Source: Geotalea daltonii FRC-32 (GTDB lineage Bacteria > Desulfobacterota > Desulfuromonadia > Geobacterales > Geobacteraceae). From it: a DNA stretch of 32,000 bases. Location: NCBI RefSeq assembly GCF_000022265.1, contig NC_011979.1, forward strand, positions 1,710,001-1,742,000, given 5' to 3'. Below, piece by piece: positions 1 to 8,664 of this stretch. The position numbers were made by a program, and so were the translations under genes. How positions within the stretch are numbered: position 1 is the first letter of the stretch; the number at the start of each line of letters is the position of its first letter. A model generated the notes under the pieces. The model was not told where the DNA came from. It ran no database searches and saw nothing but the letters and a program-made list of their open reading frames with translations.

Positions 1-555
1 GCTGTCCAGCTTGGGGCCGATCCAGTTGAAAGGGCGGAACAGCGTATAGCGCAGGCCATCATGCTCGCCATAGGCGTAGATGACCCGGTCCAGCATCTGC
101 TTTGCGCAGGAGTATATCCAACGTTCCTTGTTAATGGGGCCCAGCATGAGGGGGGATGTTTCTTCGTCGAACTCCCGGTCGGGGCTCATGCCATATACCT
201 CGGAGGTGGAGGGGAAAATTACCCTCTTCCCGTATTTTACGCACTGGCGTATGATTTTCAGGTTTTCCTCGAAATCAAGCTCGAACACACGCAGGGGGTC
301 CTTGACATAGGTGACCGGAGTGGCGATGGCAACCAGTGGCAGCACCACGTCGCATTTCTTGATGTTGTACTCGATCCACTCCTTGTTGATGGTGATGTCC
401 CCCTCCAGAAAATGGAAACGGGGGTGACCGATGGAATGTTCCAGCTTGTTGTCGCTCATATCCAGGCCGAAGACTTCCCACTCGGTGGTGTCGAGGATGC
501 GGCGGGTCAGGGCGTTGCCGATAAAGCCGTTGACGCCCAAGATCAGTACTTTCAT
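1..555 (-). CDS. arnA: UDP-glucuronate oxidative decarboxylase, a stand-alone homolog of the ArnA C-terminal dehydrogenase/decarboxylase domain. Partial: the 3' end lies beyond the window start.
   Basis: The reverse complement of 555..1 translates without a stop as [80 protein letters not shown]... It has a GxxGxxG Rossmann motif and is collinear with my recollection of E. coli ArnA residues ~315 onward. The SD AAGGAGAAG precedes the ATG at 555-553. It is absent from the ORF track because it is open at the window edge; the + ORF 61..627 is its antisense shadow. Confidence 0.85.
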   Translation of the reverse strand, partial: MKVLILGVNGFIGNALTRRILDTTEWEVFGLDMSDNKLEHSIGHPRFHFLEGDITINKEWIEYNIKKCDVVLPLVAIATPVTYVKDPLRVFELDFEENLKIIRQCVKYGKRVIFPSTSEVYGMSPDREFDEETSPLMLGPINKERWIYSCAKQMLDRVIYAYGEHDGLRYTLFRPFNWIGPKLDS

Positions 556-702
556 TACAGTCTTCTCCTTGTAACGGCTTCGATAAAGGGCCATTTTGCG
601 TTGTTGCCCCGCGTCGCTCGGCACTAGACGCAGCCCTGCTACGCTTTCGTACCCAGCTCCTTGGGCGCTTAGCAGCTGGCGCCTTTCTCGAAGCCGGCAT
701 GG

Positions 703-1638
703 TTATTCAAACTTTTCTGCCAACTGATATTGTTGGGAAAAACCTTCAGCGGTAGTTTCCTCTTCACCTTCCAATTGCAACTTCTTTATTGCCAGTAGTC
801 CGTTGCCGGTTCCAACCATAAGCGGCTCAGCGGAAACGACTTTTCCCGGCTCACCACTCCCCTCTACCGGCCATGCTTGCCAAATGATGACCTTCTTCCC
901 ATTCAGAAACATGAAGGCGCCGGGATAGGGATGGGTGACGCCGCGGATAAGGTTGTAGATCTGTACCGCAGATTTGCTCCAGTCAATGCGGCCATCTGCC
1001 GGCTTCCGGCCGCCGCAGTAGTTGCCCGCTTTCAGATCCATGGGGATTCGGCCTGCCGTCCCTGCAACCAGCAGTGGCCAAGAGCGGGCAATTACGGTAA
1101 CAGCGGCATCAGTCACTTTGTTGAAGACATCAAAGGAGGTGTCGGTGAATTCTATGGTTACCTTCTCCTGGTCGACAATGTCGCCGGCATCGGGTTTTTC
1201 CACCATGTAATGGAGGGTAGCTCCGGTTTCCGTCTCGCCGTTGATCACCGCCCAGTTCACCGGCACCCTTCCCCTGTACCTGGGCAGGTATGAGCCGTGC
1301 AGGTTCAGGGCACCGCACCCGGGCAGGCTGAGAATCTCCGGCTTGATCATGTTCCGGTAATAGAAGGAAAGAATGAAGTCCGGGGCGATCTCCTGCAACA
1401 GGGCCGCATTTTCCGGGAGATTGATATCGGAAGTCATATAAGGAATATAATGTTTTTCCGCCAGCTGCCGTACCGATTCAAACCAGATTTCTTCGGTGGG
1501 GGAGTCCTCGTGGGTGAAGATCATCCTGATATCCGCCCCTTGGCGGATCAGCTCTGCAATGCAGCGATAACCGACGTTATGGTAGGCGCAGACGACAATT
1601 TTGTTGAGTGCATTCACCTTAATTTTCCCTGAATCCAT
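703..1638 (-). CDS. arnA: UDP-4-amino-4-deoxy-L-arabinose formyltransferase, a stand-alone homolog of the ArnA N-terminal domain (Fmt-like)
   Basis: 311-aa ORF. The formyltransferase core NLHGSYLPRYRGRVPVNWAVINGETETGATLHYMVEKPDAGDIVDQ closely resembles the ArnA/Fmt catalytic segment. A C-terminal Fmt-like beta-barrel region is present. It overlaps the arnC stop by 20 nt (alternative GTG start at 1617). Confidence 0.85.
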   Translation of the reverse strand: MDSGKIKVNALNKIVVCAYHNVGYRCIAELIRQGADIRMIFTHEDSPTEEIWFESVRQLAEKHYIPYMTSDINLPENAALLQEIAPDFILSFYYRNMIKPEILSLPGCGALNLHGSYLPRYRGRVPVNWAVINGETETGATLHYMVEKPDAGDIVDQEKVTIEFTDTSFDVFNKVTDAAVTVIARSWPLLVAGTAGRIPMDLKAGNYCGGRKPADGRIDWSKSAVQIYNLIRGVTHPYPGAFMFLNGKKVIIWQAWPVEGSGEPGKVVSAEPLMVGTGNGLLAIKKLQLEGEEETTAEGFSQQYQLAEKFE

Positions 1639-2560
1639 GTAGCTTTCTCACCACGTAGCGCGGCCGTTTGCGTACCTCCTGGTAGATCCTTCCCACGTAT
1701 TCACCTACCAGGCCGATGCCGAAGATGATGATGCCGATGAAGAAAAAGAGGATGGCGAACAGGGTGAAGACCCCTTCCACCTCGGCGCCGATGATGAAGC
1801 GCCTGATAAGGAGAAATACCGCGAAAGCAATGGAAAAAACAGAAGTAAGTATCCCCATCAGGGCGAAGAGTTGTAGCGGTACCACGGAAAAACCGGTCAT
1901 CAGGTCGAAATTGAGGCGAATCAGCCGGTACAGGGAGTATTTGCTTTCCCCTTCGGCCCGTTCCGCATGGGCCACCTTGATTTCAGAAGGATTTGCGGAA
2001 AAGGTCTGGGCCAGGGCCGGTATGAAGGTGGTGGTTTCCTCGCAACGGTTGATATTGTTAATCACGTTGCGGTGATAGGCTCGCAGCATGCAGCCATAAT
2101 CGCTCATTTGCATGCCGGTCATTTTGTTGGTGGTGATGTTGACGATGCGTGAGGCGACCCGGCGGAAGAGGGTATCCTGCCGCTTCTGGCGGATGGTGCC
2201 GACCACATCGTGCCCCTTTTCGATCTCTGCCACCAGTCTGGGAATTTCTTCCGGTGGATTTTGCAGGTCTGCATCAAGGGTTATGACCACTTCACCGTGA
2301 CTTTTCTCGAAGGCCGCCAGAATAGCCATGTGCTGGCCGAAATTGCCATTGAATTCAATAACGCCGATCTCCGGGTATTTCTCCGCCATCTGGCTGAGAA
2401 TGGAGAGGGAGTCATCGCGGCTGCCGTCATCGGTAAAAATGATCTCGAAAGGTCGCCCGATTTGCTGCATGACCGGGTAAAGCCTGTTTATCAGCGGCGG
2501 GAGATTGGGCTCCTCGTTGTAAACGGGGATGACTACAGTTACATACGGTTTTTCCTGCAT
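1619..2560 (-). CDS. arnC: Undecaprenyl-phosphate 4-deoxy-4-formamido-L-arabinose transferase (GT2 family)
   Basis: 313-aa ORF. GT2 motifs VTVVIPVYNEE, DDGSRDDS and DADLQNPPEEIP, plus two C-terminal hydrophobic helices as in ArnC/DPM1-like enzymes. It sits between arnB and the ArnA-type genes. Confidence 0.85.
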   Translation of the reverse strand: MQEKPYVTVVIPVYNEEPNLPPLINRLYPVMQQIGRPFEIIFTDDGSRDDSLSILSQMAEKYPEIGVIEFNGNFGQHMAILAAFEKSHGEVVITLDADLQNPPEEIPRLVAEIEKGHDVVGTIRQKRQDTLFRRVASRIVNITTNKMTGMQMSDYGCMLRAYHRNVINNINRCEETTTFIPALAQTFSANPSEIKVAHAERAEGESKYSLYRLIRLNFDLMTGFSVVPLQLFALMGILTSVFSIAFAVFLLIRRFIIGAEVEGVFTLFAILFFFIGIIIFGIGLVGEYVGRIYQEVRKRPRYVVRKLHGFREN

Positions 2561-2575
2561 AACCTGGTCCTGTAA

Positions 2576-3739
2576 CTACTTTCTATGTTTTACGATAACT
2601 TCTTTCACTGCGCCGACCACGTCCCGCGCGTCCTCATCTGTCATTTTCGGGAAGAGGGGCAGGGACAGAATGCGATAAGAGGCATAGTCGGCATTGGGGA
2701 GGCTTCCCTCAACCTGGGGCAAGTTCTCACGGTACCAGGCGTGGTGGTGAATGGCCTTGTAGTGCAATCCGCTGCCGATATTGAGCTTCTTCAGCTCCGC
2801 CATGAATTGGTCCCGGTCGATGGCCAGCATTTCAATGCGAACCAGTGGGGTATAGAGGTGCCAGGCGTGGAGTTGGTCGTACGGGGCATATCGGGGAAGT
2901 GCCAGTTCGGCCACATCGGCGAGGGCTTCATTGTAAAAATCCGCAATGGCTGTGCGCCTTTCAATGAAGCCATCCAGTCTGGGGAGCTGGTGGATACCGA
3001 TAGCAGCCTGAATGTCCATCATGTTGTATTTGAAACCGGGGAGCATGATGTCGTAGTTGGGGGTGCCGGTGGCGGCAAAGCGTTTCCACGCCTCCCTGCT
3101 CATACCGTGGAATTTGAGGAGGGAAATTTCCTCTGCCAGGGATTCGTCACGGGTACAGACCATCCCCCCTTCGCCGGTGGTAATGTTCTTGTTGGGATGA
3201 AAGGAGAAGATGGAAATGGAATTGAAGGAGCCGATCTTCTCTCCCTTGTATTCTGTGCCGGCGGCGTGTGCAGCATCTTCGATAATGGCTAGATTGAATT
3301 CTTTGGCAAGGGCAAAGAGCGGGTCCATGTCACAGGACTGGCCGGCAAAGTGCACGGGGATGATGGCTTTGGTGCGGGGGGTGATTCTCTCCCTGATCTT
3401 TTGTACGTCGATATTGAGGGTGCCCGGTTCGATATCTACCAGCACCGGCACTCCTCCGCAGAGGATGATCATGCTCACCGTGGAGGCAAAGGTCATGGGG
3501 GTGGTGATGATCTCGTCACCCGGTTCGATCTTCAATGCCAGGAGCGTCAGGTGCAGCCCTGCCGTGGCCGAACTGAGGGGGACAGCGAAGGGGGAACCCA
3601 CATAGGCCTTGAATTCCTCTTCAAAACGCTTCACCTTCGGGCCTGTAGTGATCCAGCCCGATTTGAGGGAATCGACTACTTCATTGATTTCGTCATCCCC
3701 GATGGCGGGAGTGGAAAAGGGTAAAAATTCTTTGCGCAC
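2576..3739 (-). CDS. arnB: UDP-4-amino-4-deoxy-L-arabinose--oxoglutarate aminotransferase (DegT/DnrJ/EryC1 family)
   Basis: N-terminus (M)RKEFLPFSTPAIGDDEI and the PLP-lysine motif SFHPNKNITTGEGG match the ArnB/DegT pattern. I chose the GTG at 3739 because AGGAGG lies 6 nt upstream. The track ORF starts at ATG 3772, adding 11 poorly conserved residues. Confidence 0.85.
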   Translation of the reverse strand: MRKEFLPFSTPAIGDDEINEVVDSLKSGWITTGPKVKRFEEEFKAYVGSPFAVPLSSATAGLHLTLLALKIEPGDEIITTPMTFASTVSMIILCGGVPVLVDIEPGTLNIDVQKIRERITPRTKAIIPVHFAGQSCDMDPLFALAKEFNLAIIEDAAHAAGTEYKGEKIGSFNSISIFSFHPNKNITTGEGGMVCTRDESLAEEISLLKFHGMSREAWKRFAATGTPNYDIMLPGFKYNMMDIQAAIGIHQLPRLDGFIERRTAIADFYNEALADVAELALPRYAPYDQLHAWHLYTPLVRIEMLAIDRDQFMAELKKLNIGSGLHYKAIHHHAWYRENLPQVEGSLPNADYASYRILSLPLFPKMTDEDARDVVGAVKEVIVKHRK

Positions 3740-3807
3740 CTGAAACCTCCTCTGCCCTTGCAGAACTTGCAACTATCGCACAAAATGGCTCAGGATACCA
3801 TCGCTTT

Positions 3808-5469
3808 TTAATGGTTGGTGATGAGTATTCGTCTCCCCTGTCTCCCCAGTTCCTTGATGGGAGTGGACAGGAGTTTCTCAAGGACGACAAGCTCACGTTG
3901 CTGAACGAGGGCGAAGACCGGCCTTGATGAATTCCACAAATCGGCGAACTGGTCCAGCCCAATGAACCAGGCGGATTGGTCTCCCTGGTTGCTGCCGAAT
4001 TCCAGCTCTCCCCGGCCACCGACTACGACAACGCGCCGCTGGCTGTAGAAAGGAAGCCCCTGTTCGTATTCGAAGGTGGCGACCACCGCATCTTTGCCTG
4101 CTTTCTCACGAACAATCAGGGCCAGCTCACGGGAAGATTTTCTCTGGGCGATTTTGGCGTAGATGACAGGTGGTGCGAAAAGACCAAATGAGTAGGAGAA
4201 GATGGTCAGGCTGCAAAAAAGGGCAGCCGTCTGCCCTTTCCATGAGGTTACCAGCGCGGGCAAGCCCAGGCCGAGCAAGCATAACCCGATGATGATTCCT
4301 CCCTGCATGGCTATTTGCGGCTTAGCTGCCACAAGAGGATACATGATGGCTGACAATCCCGCCAGGGTGAGGGCTATGGAGGCAACAATGACGTTTGCCT
4401 TCAGCGGTCTGAATCCCTTCTCCATTGCTGAAACAAAAGTACCGCCGATAAGTATCGCCAGGGGCAGGTAGATTGGGAGGATGTAGGGGATGAGTTTTGA
4501 ATTCGATTTGGAGAAAAAGACGAAGATGACAATGACCCACAGGGCGAGAAACAGCCGTGCATCTGCTCCGGTGGTTTTCCGCTCTTTCCAGGCGTTGATG
4601 AAGGCGGAGGGGATGAAGAACGACCAGGGCAGCATGCACCCCAGGAGCACCGGGACATAGAACCAGAACGGCTTGTACCGGTTGTGCACCTTGGTCAGGA
4701 AGCGCTCGAAGTGTTCATGGATGAAGAAAAAACGGGCAAACTCCGGGTTCCTCTGGGAGACCATGACGAACCATGGAGCGGCGACGAGCAGAAAGACCAG
4801 GATGCCGGTGGGCAGACGCATCTCTTTCAGGAGCGACCATCGCCTGGTGATGAGCAGGTAGCAGAAAATGACGGCGCCCGGCAGGACAATGCCGATCAGC
4901 CCCTTGGCCAGCACCGCCAGGGCGGCAAATGCATAAAAAAGATAATAATGCAGGCTCTTATTCTTCTCTTGCGACCGTATGGCTATGACAAAAAATGCCA
5001 ATGATGCTGTCATGCAGATGGTCAGGGTCGTGTCGGTGATGTTGGTGCGGCTTTGGATGAGATATCCTGCCGATGTCCCGAGAATGAGGGCTCCATAGAG
5101 CCCTTCCCGGCGGCCGAACAACTTCCGTCCCAGGTAATAGGCGAGGGTAATTCCAAGAACCCCCCACAGAGCGCCGCTGAAACGGCCTGCGAACTCGGTA
5201 AGGCCGAAGAGCTTGATGGAGAGGGCGTTAAACCAGTAATGGAGAGGAGGTTTCTCGAAATATTTCACATAGTTCAAGGTCGGCGTAATGAAATCGCCCC
5301 GTTCGAGCATTTCCCTCGGGATCTCCATGTAGCGCCCTTCGTCCGTTTCCAGCAGGGGAAGGCGTCCCAGGAAATGAAAAAACGACAAACCGAAGACGAA
5401 GAGGAGCAATCCAAGGTCACGGATGGGGCTTCCGTCCTTGTTGCGAAAGAAGTCAATCAGGCTTTGCAT
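3808..5469 (-). CDS. arnT: 4-amino-4-deoxy-L-arabinose lipid A transferase-like GT-C/PMT_2 family membrane glycosyltransferase
   Basis: 553-aa ORF with roughly a dozen hydrophobic segments. The first periplasmic-loop acidic motif is ETDEGRYMEIPREMLERGDFITP, typical of ArnT/PMT_2 enzymes. It is the first gene of the arnB-arnC-arnA cluster. An AAGGA SD lies 7 nt upstream of the ATG. Confidence 0.8.
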   Translation of the reverse strand: MQSLIDFFRNKDGSPIRDLGLLLFVFGLSFFHFLGRLPLLETDEGRYMEIPREMLERGDFITPTLNYVKYFEKPPLHYWFNALSIKLFGLTEFAGRFSGALWGVLGITLAYYLGRKLFGRREGLYGALILGTSAGYLIQSRTNITDTTLTICMTASLAFFVIAIRSQEKNKSLHYYLFYAFAALAVLAKGLIGIVLPGAVIFCYLLITRRWSLLKEMRLPTGILVFLLVAAPWFVMVSQRNPEFARFFFIHEHFERFLTKVHNRYKPFWFYVPVLLGCMLPWSFFIPSAFINAWKERKTTGADARLFLALWVIVIFVFFSKSNSKLIPYILPIYLPLAILIGGTFVSAMEKGFRPLKANVIVASIALTLAGLSAIMYPLVAAKPQIAMQGGIIIGLCLLGLGLPALVTSWKGQTAALFCSLTIFSYSFGLFAPPVIYAKIAQRKSSRELALIVREKAGKDAVVATFEYEQGLPFYSQRRVVVVGGRGELEFGSNQGDQSAWFIGLDQFADLWNSSRPVFALVQQRELVVLEKLLSTPIKELGRQGRRILITNH

Positions 5470-5483
5470 CTAAAGATCCTTTT

Positions 5484-6719
5484 TCACTGCCGGGATGGTA
5501 TCTGAGAGGATTTTTCGCGTCTGACAAGATCATATCTTTCCGCATTAAACGCGAGTCTGAGGATAATGCGCTGGTTGGGATTGGCTGCCGGCACTGTTTC
5601 GCCGCCATCCGTAGTGATTTCCCGGAGTTGGTGAAAATGAGATGAAAGCGCCGGGCCGATGAATTCAAGGGTGTCGCCAATCTTGATCCTGTTGCGGACT
5701 TCCAGGATAACCGTGCCGTCGGAGAGGATATCTTCGACGATGGCGACAAATTCATGATTTCGTATATAGCTGGAATGGTACTGGTGGTCAATATCTTTCG
5801 GCGGCCCGAGAAGGAAGCCGGTAGTGTAGCCCCGGTGGCTCACTTTGCACAATTCTTCAAGCCATCGGGGGTCATATTGATAACCCTCCGGATCGGCAAA
5901 AAAGGAGTCAATGGCATGGCGATAAATTCTTACTACGGACGCAACGTAGTAGATCCCTTTCATTCTTCCTTCTATTTTCAGGGAGTCCACTCCGGCATCG
6001 ATCAATCGTGGCAGGTACTGCAGAAGGCACAGGTCCTTAGAGTTGAAGATGAAGGTGCCGCCATTGTCCTCGAAAATGGGAAAGTATTCTCCCGGCCTGG
6101 TTTCTTCGACAATGGCGTAGTTCCAGCGGCAGGGTTGGGTGCATTCCCCCTTGTTTGCATTCCTGCCGCTCATGACGCTCGAAAGCAGACAGCGTCCCGA
6201 GTAGCTGATACACATGGCACCGTGAACGAAAGCTTCCAACTCCAGGGTGGTCCTTTTCCTGACCTCTTCCATTTCTGTCAGTGCCATCTCCCTTGCCAGA
6301 TTGACTCTGCATAAACCTTGTTTTTGCCAGAAGAGGGCGCTTTTCCAGTTGGTGGTATTTGCCTGGGTAGAAAGATGGATGTTCCTTTGCGGAGAAACCT
6401 CGCGGATCATCTCAATGACTCCCGGGTCGGCAGCTATATAGGCGTCGAAGGGGATATTGCCCAATTCTTCCAGGTACTGCTCCAGTTCTGCAAGGTCCTT
6501 GTTGTCCGGAAAGGCGTTAATGGTGAGATAAACCTTGACTCCGTGGTCATGGGCATATTTCACTGCTCCGCCAAGTTCAGCGGTGGAGAAGTTGTCGGCC
6601 AGGTTGCGCAGACCGAAGTTTTTGCCCCCCAGATAAACGGCATCGGCGCCATAATGAACAGCAATTCGCAGCTTCTCCATGTTGCCTGCAGGGGCAAGCA
6701 GTTCAGGCTTTTTCATCAT
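5484..6719 (-). CDS. U32 family protein (PrtC/YegQ-TrhP-like peptidase U32)
   Basis: 411-aa ORF. N-terminus ELLAPAGNMEKLRIAVHYGADAVYLGG, and the U32 signature EAFVHGAMCISYSGRCLLS followed by the Cys-rich ECTQPCR. Its stop lies 14 nt upstream of the arnT start on the same strand. Confidence 0.85.
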   Translation of the reverse strand: MMKKPELLAPAGNMEKLRIAVHYGADAVYLGGKNFGLRNLADNFSTAELGGAVKYAHDHGVKVYLTINAFPDNKDLAELEQYLEELGNIPFDAYIAADPGVIEMIREVSPQRNIHLSTQANTTNWKSALFWQKQGLCRVNLAREMALTEMEEVRKRTTLELEAFVHGAMCISYSGRCLLSSVMSGRNANKGECTQPCRWNYAIVEETRPGEYFPIFEDNGGTFIFNSKDLCLLQYLPRLIDAGVDSLKIEGRMKGIYYVASVVRIYRHAIDSFFADPEGYQYDPRWLEELCKVSHRGYTTGFLLGPPKDIDHQYHSSYIRNHEFVAIVEDILSDGTVILEVRNRIKIGDTLEFIGPALSSHFHQLREITTDGGETVPAANPNQRIILRLAFNAERYDLVRREKSSQIPSRQ

Positions 6720-6821
6720 TTACCTCATTTGTTGATCATTAATCGGGATTCGGCCCCCGCTTCCGCCGACGGATGGTAGCACAATCTGTTTTGTTGTCAT
6801 ACCGCAAACCGTGCTTTCTCC

Positions 6822-6850
6822 TTGACAAAAATGGCGAAAAGGCTTTAATT
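6822..6850 (+). promoter_or_regulatory. Candidate sigma-70 promoter for cpoB
   Basis: TTGACA (6822-6827), a 16-nt spacer, then TTTAAT (6844-6849). It lies about 30 nt upstream of the cpoB start. Confidence 0.4.
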
Positions 6851-6877
6851 GTGTTAATTTTTTGTTAAGGAGCCGGC

Positions 6878-7603
6878 ATGCGGGTCTGGATAATGATTGT
6901 TGTCGTGGTGTTCTTTGCCTTGCTTGCAGGATGCGGCAGCAACGATCTTGTCGTCAGAAAACAGATGGAGATGGAAGCGAGAATAGAACAGCTGGCACAA
7001 GCCAATGTCTCCGCCAATACGCGTCTCACCACTCTGGCAACCGAGGTGAAGGAGCTGCAGAGCCGCCTCAACGCCAGTACAGCTGACATTGATGCTATGA
7101 AACCAGGCATGGCTGAACTGAAGGCATCCCTGGAATCTATCCACGAAAAAGTGGCGGAGTTGAACAATCCGAAGGTGTCCAAGATCGAGGTCGTCAACAG
7201 GGAACCCTCTGCAGCAGAAGGCGATTCCGCCCATCAGGATACATATGTGAAGGCATTCGGGCTTTTCAGCGCCAACAACTACAATGCGGCGATAGATGCT
7301 TTCGAAGCATTCATGAAGGCATACCCCGACAGTGAATATGTGGGCAATGCCATGTATTGGGTCGGTGAATGCTATTATACCCAGCATAACTATAATGAGG
7401 CTTTGGAGTCTTTTTCCAAGGTGATCTCCACCTTTCCCGACGGCAACAAGGTTCCCGATGCCATGCTCAAGGTTGGTTATACCCTGATCAGTATGAACGA
7501 ACCGGCCAAAGCAAAGGAATCGTTGCAGGCACTGGTTGATAAATTTCCGAAAAGTCAAGCTGCAGCAAAGGCCAGAGAGAAGTTGGTACGTCTTTCAAAG
7601 TGA
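6878..7603 (+). CDS. cpoB: Tol-Pal system / cell-division coordinator CpoB (YbgF), a TPR lipoprotein
   Basis: 241-aa ORF with a lipoprotein signal ending LLAGC. An N-terminal coiled-coil segment (QMEMEARIEQLAQ...LQSRL...) is followed by C-terminal YbgF-type TPRs (YKAFGLFSANNYNAAIDAFEAFMKAYPDSEYVGNAMYWVGECYY...). Confidence 0.8.
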   Translation: MRVWIMIVVVVFFALLAGCGSNDLVVRKQMEMEARIEQLAQANVSANTRLTTLATEVKELQSRLNASTADIDAMKPGMAELKASLESIHEKVAELNNPKVSKIEVVNREPSAAEGDSAHQDTYVKAFGLFSANNYNAAIDAFEAFMKAYPDSEYVGNAMYWVGECYYTQHNYNEALESFSKVISTFPDGNKVPDAMLKVGYTLISMNEPAKAKESLQALVDKFPKSQAAAKAREKLVRLSK

Positions 7604-7610
7604 GGTTACT

Positions 7611-8609
7611 ATGAAGAAAATTCTGTATGCCGCATTCCTCCTCCTTGTTGTTTGTCTGCCTTACCCGGTATTAGCCCAGGATGAAGAGCCAACAGTATAT
7701 GTGATTCAGAAAGGGGACACCCTGTGGGGCCTTTCTGATCGCTTCATCCGCGATCCCTTTTATTGGCCGAACCTCTGGGAGCGTAACCAGGTGATCACCA
7801 ATCCCCATTTTGTCTTCCCGGGCCAGCGGGTGAAGATTTATCCTGACCGGATCGAGGTGGAGAAGCCCGCGGAAAAGATTGCTGAGCCACCGCAACCTGT
7901 TGCTGAGAAAAAAGAAGAGCCTGCGCCGGCCAAGACTTTTACTGTTACCGGCGGTGAAGGTTTTCTCCTGGAAAAGGACCGGAATCCGGCTGGTTTCATT
8001 GTCTCCACCTATCAGAACAGGCAGATGGTCGGAGAGGATGATGTGGTCTATACGGACATCGGCAGGAGAAATGGCGCCGAAGTCGGCAGCAGGTTCTCGG
8101 TATTCAAAAAGGTAGGTCCTGTTACCCATCCCATCAGCAATGTCGTTCTCGGTTATAAGGTGTTGCCTTTGGGGACCCTCCAGCTTTCCGAGCTGGAGGA
8201 AAAGGTTTCGAAAGCCATCATTACCAAATCCTTTCTTGAGATCGGTGCCGGCTCTTTCCTTATGCCCTACCGCCCTGGAAAGACCGAGGTGGCTCTGAAA
8301 GCAGCCAACAGGGAACTGGCTGGCTATATAGTAGAGACGAGGCTGGGCAATAACGCCGTTGCCGCCGGCGACGTGGTTTATCTGGATCTGGGCAAGGCCC
8401 AGGGCTTGGAGACCGGCAACCTGCTCTACATTGTCAGGGATGTGGTTCCCGACCAGAAATACGCCCTGGACAAGATTGACAAGCTGCCGGTTGATGTGAT
8501 TGGCGCCCTGGTCGTGGTCGAAACCGGTGAAAGCACCTCGACCGCACTTATCGTGAAGAGCATAGAAGCTATTTATCGCGGAGACCGAGTCGAGTTGAAA
8601 AAAAACTGA
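7611..8609 (+). CDS. Secreted LysM peptidoglycan-binding protein with an internally duplicated C-terminal module
   Basis: Start taken at ATG 7611 (GAGGT SD; MKKILYAAFLLLVVCLPYPVLAQ signal peptide) rather than the track start at 7536. LysM motif YVIQKGDTLWGLSDRF...FPGQRVKIY, then a Pro/Glu/Lys-rich linker, then two similar ~90-aa modules. Confidence 0.8.
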   Translation: MKKILYAAFLLLVVCLPYPVLAQDEEPTVYVIQKGDTLWGLSDRFIRDPFYWPNLWERNQVITNPHFVFPGQRVKIYPDRIEVEKPAEKIAEPPQPVAEKKEEPAPAKTFTVTGGEGFLLEKDRNPAGFIVSTYQNRQMVGEDDVVYTDIGRRNGAEVGSRFSVFKKVGPVTHPISNVVLGYKVLPLGTLQLSELEEKVSKAIITKSFLEIGAGSFLMPYRPGKTEVALKAANRELAGYIVETRLGNNAVAAGDVVYLDLGKAQGLETGNLLYIVRDVVPDQKYALDKIDKLPVDVIGALVVVETGESTSTALIVKSIEAIYRGDRVELKKN

Positions 8610-8627
8610 CATAGTCAACAATAGCGA

Positions 8628-8659
8628 GGGGCTGACATCCGGTGTCAGTCCCTTTTTTT
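8628..8659 (+). terminator. Rho-independent terminator after the LysM gene
   Basis: 10-bp stem GGGGCTGACA / TGTCAGTCCC (one G-U pair), loop TCCGG, followed by T7. Confidence 0.7.
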
Positions 8660-8664
8660 CTCTT

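Noticed and set aside
61-700. 188-aa plus-strand ORF (61-627) and 141-aa minus-strand ORF (275-700)
   Set aside because: The plus-strand ORF is the antisense shadow of the ArnA-type decarboxylase gene. The minus-strand ORF is out of frame with that gene and is Arg/Pro/Gly-rich.
7536-7610. 5'-extended starts in the ORF track: 7536 for the LysM gene, 15117 for yggS, 26901 for ppdK, 13070 for trmFO, 17100 for prs, 30048 for the lipoprotein, and 30614 for DUF327
   Set aside because: In each case an internal ATG or GTG has a properly spaced SD and matches the conserved family N-terminus or signal peptide. The extensions overlap upstream genes or promoters.
6854-8621. 234-aa (6854-7558) and 316-aa (7671-8621) minus-strand ORFs
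   Set aside because: These are antisense to cpoB and the LysM gene, both of which have signal peptides and family motifs.
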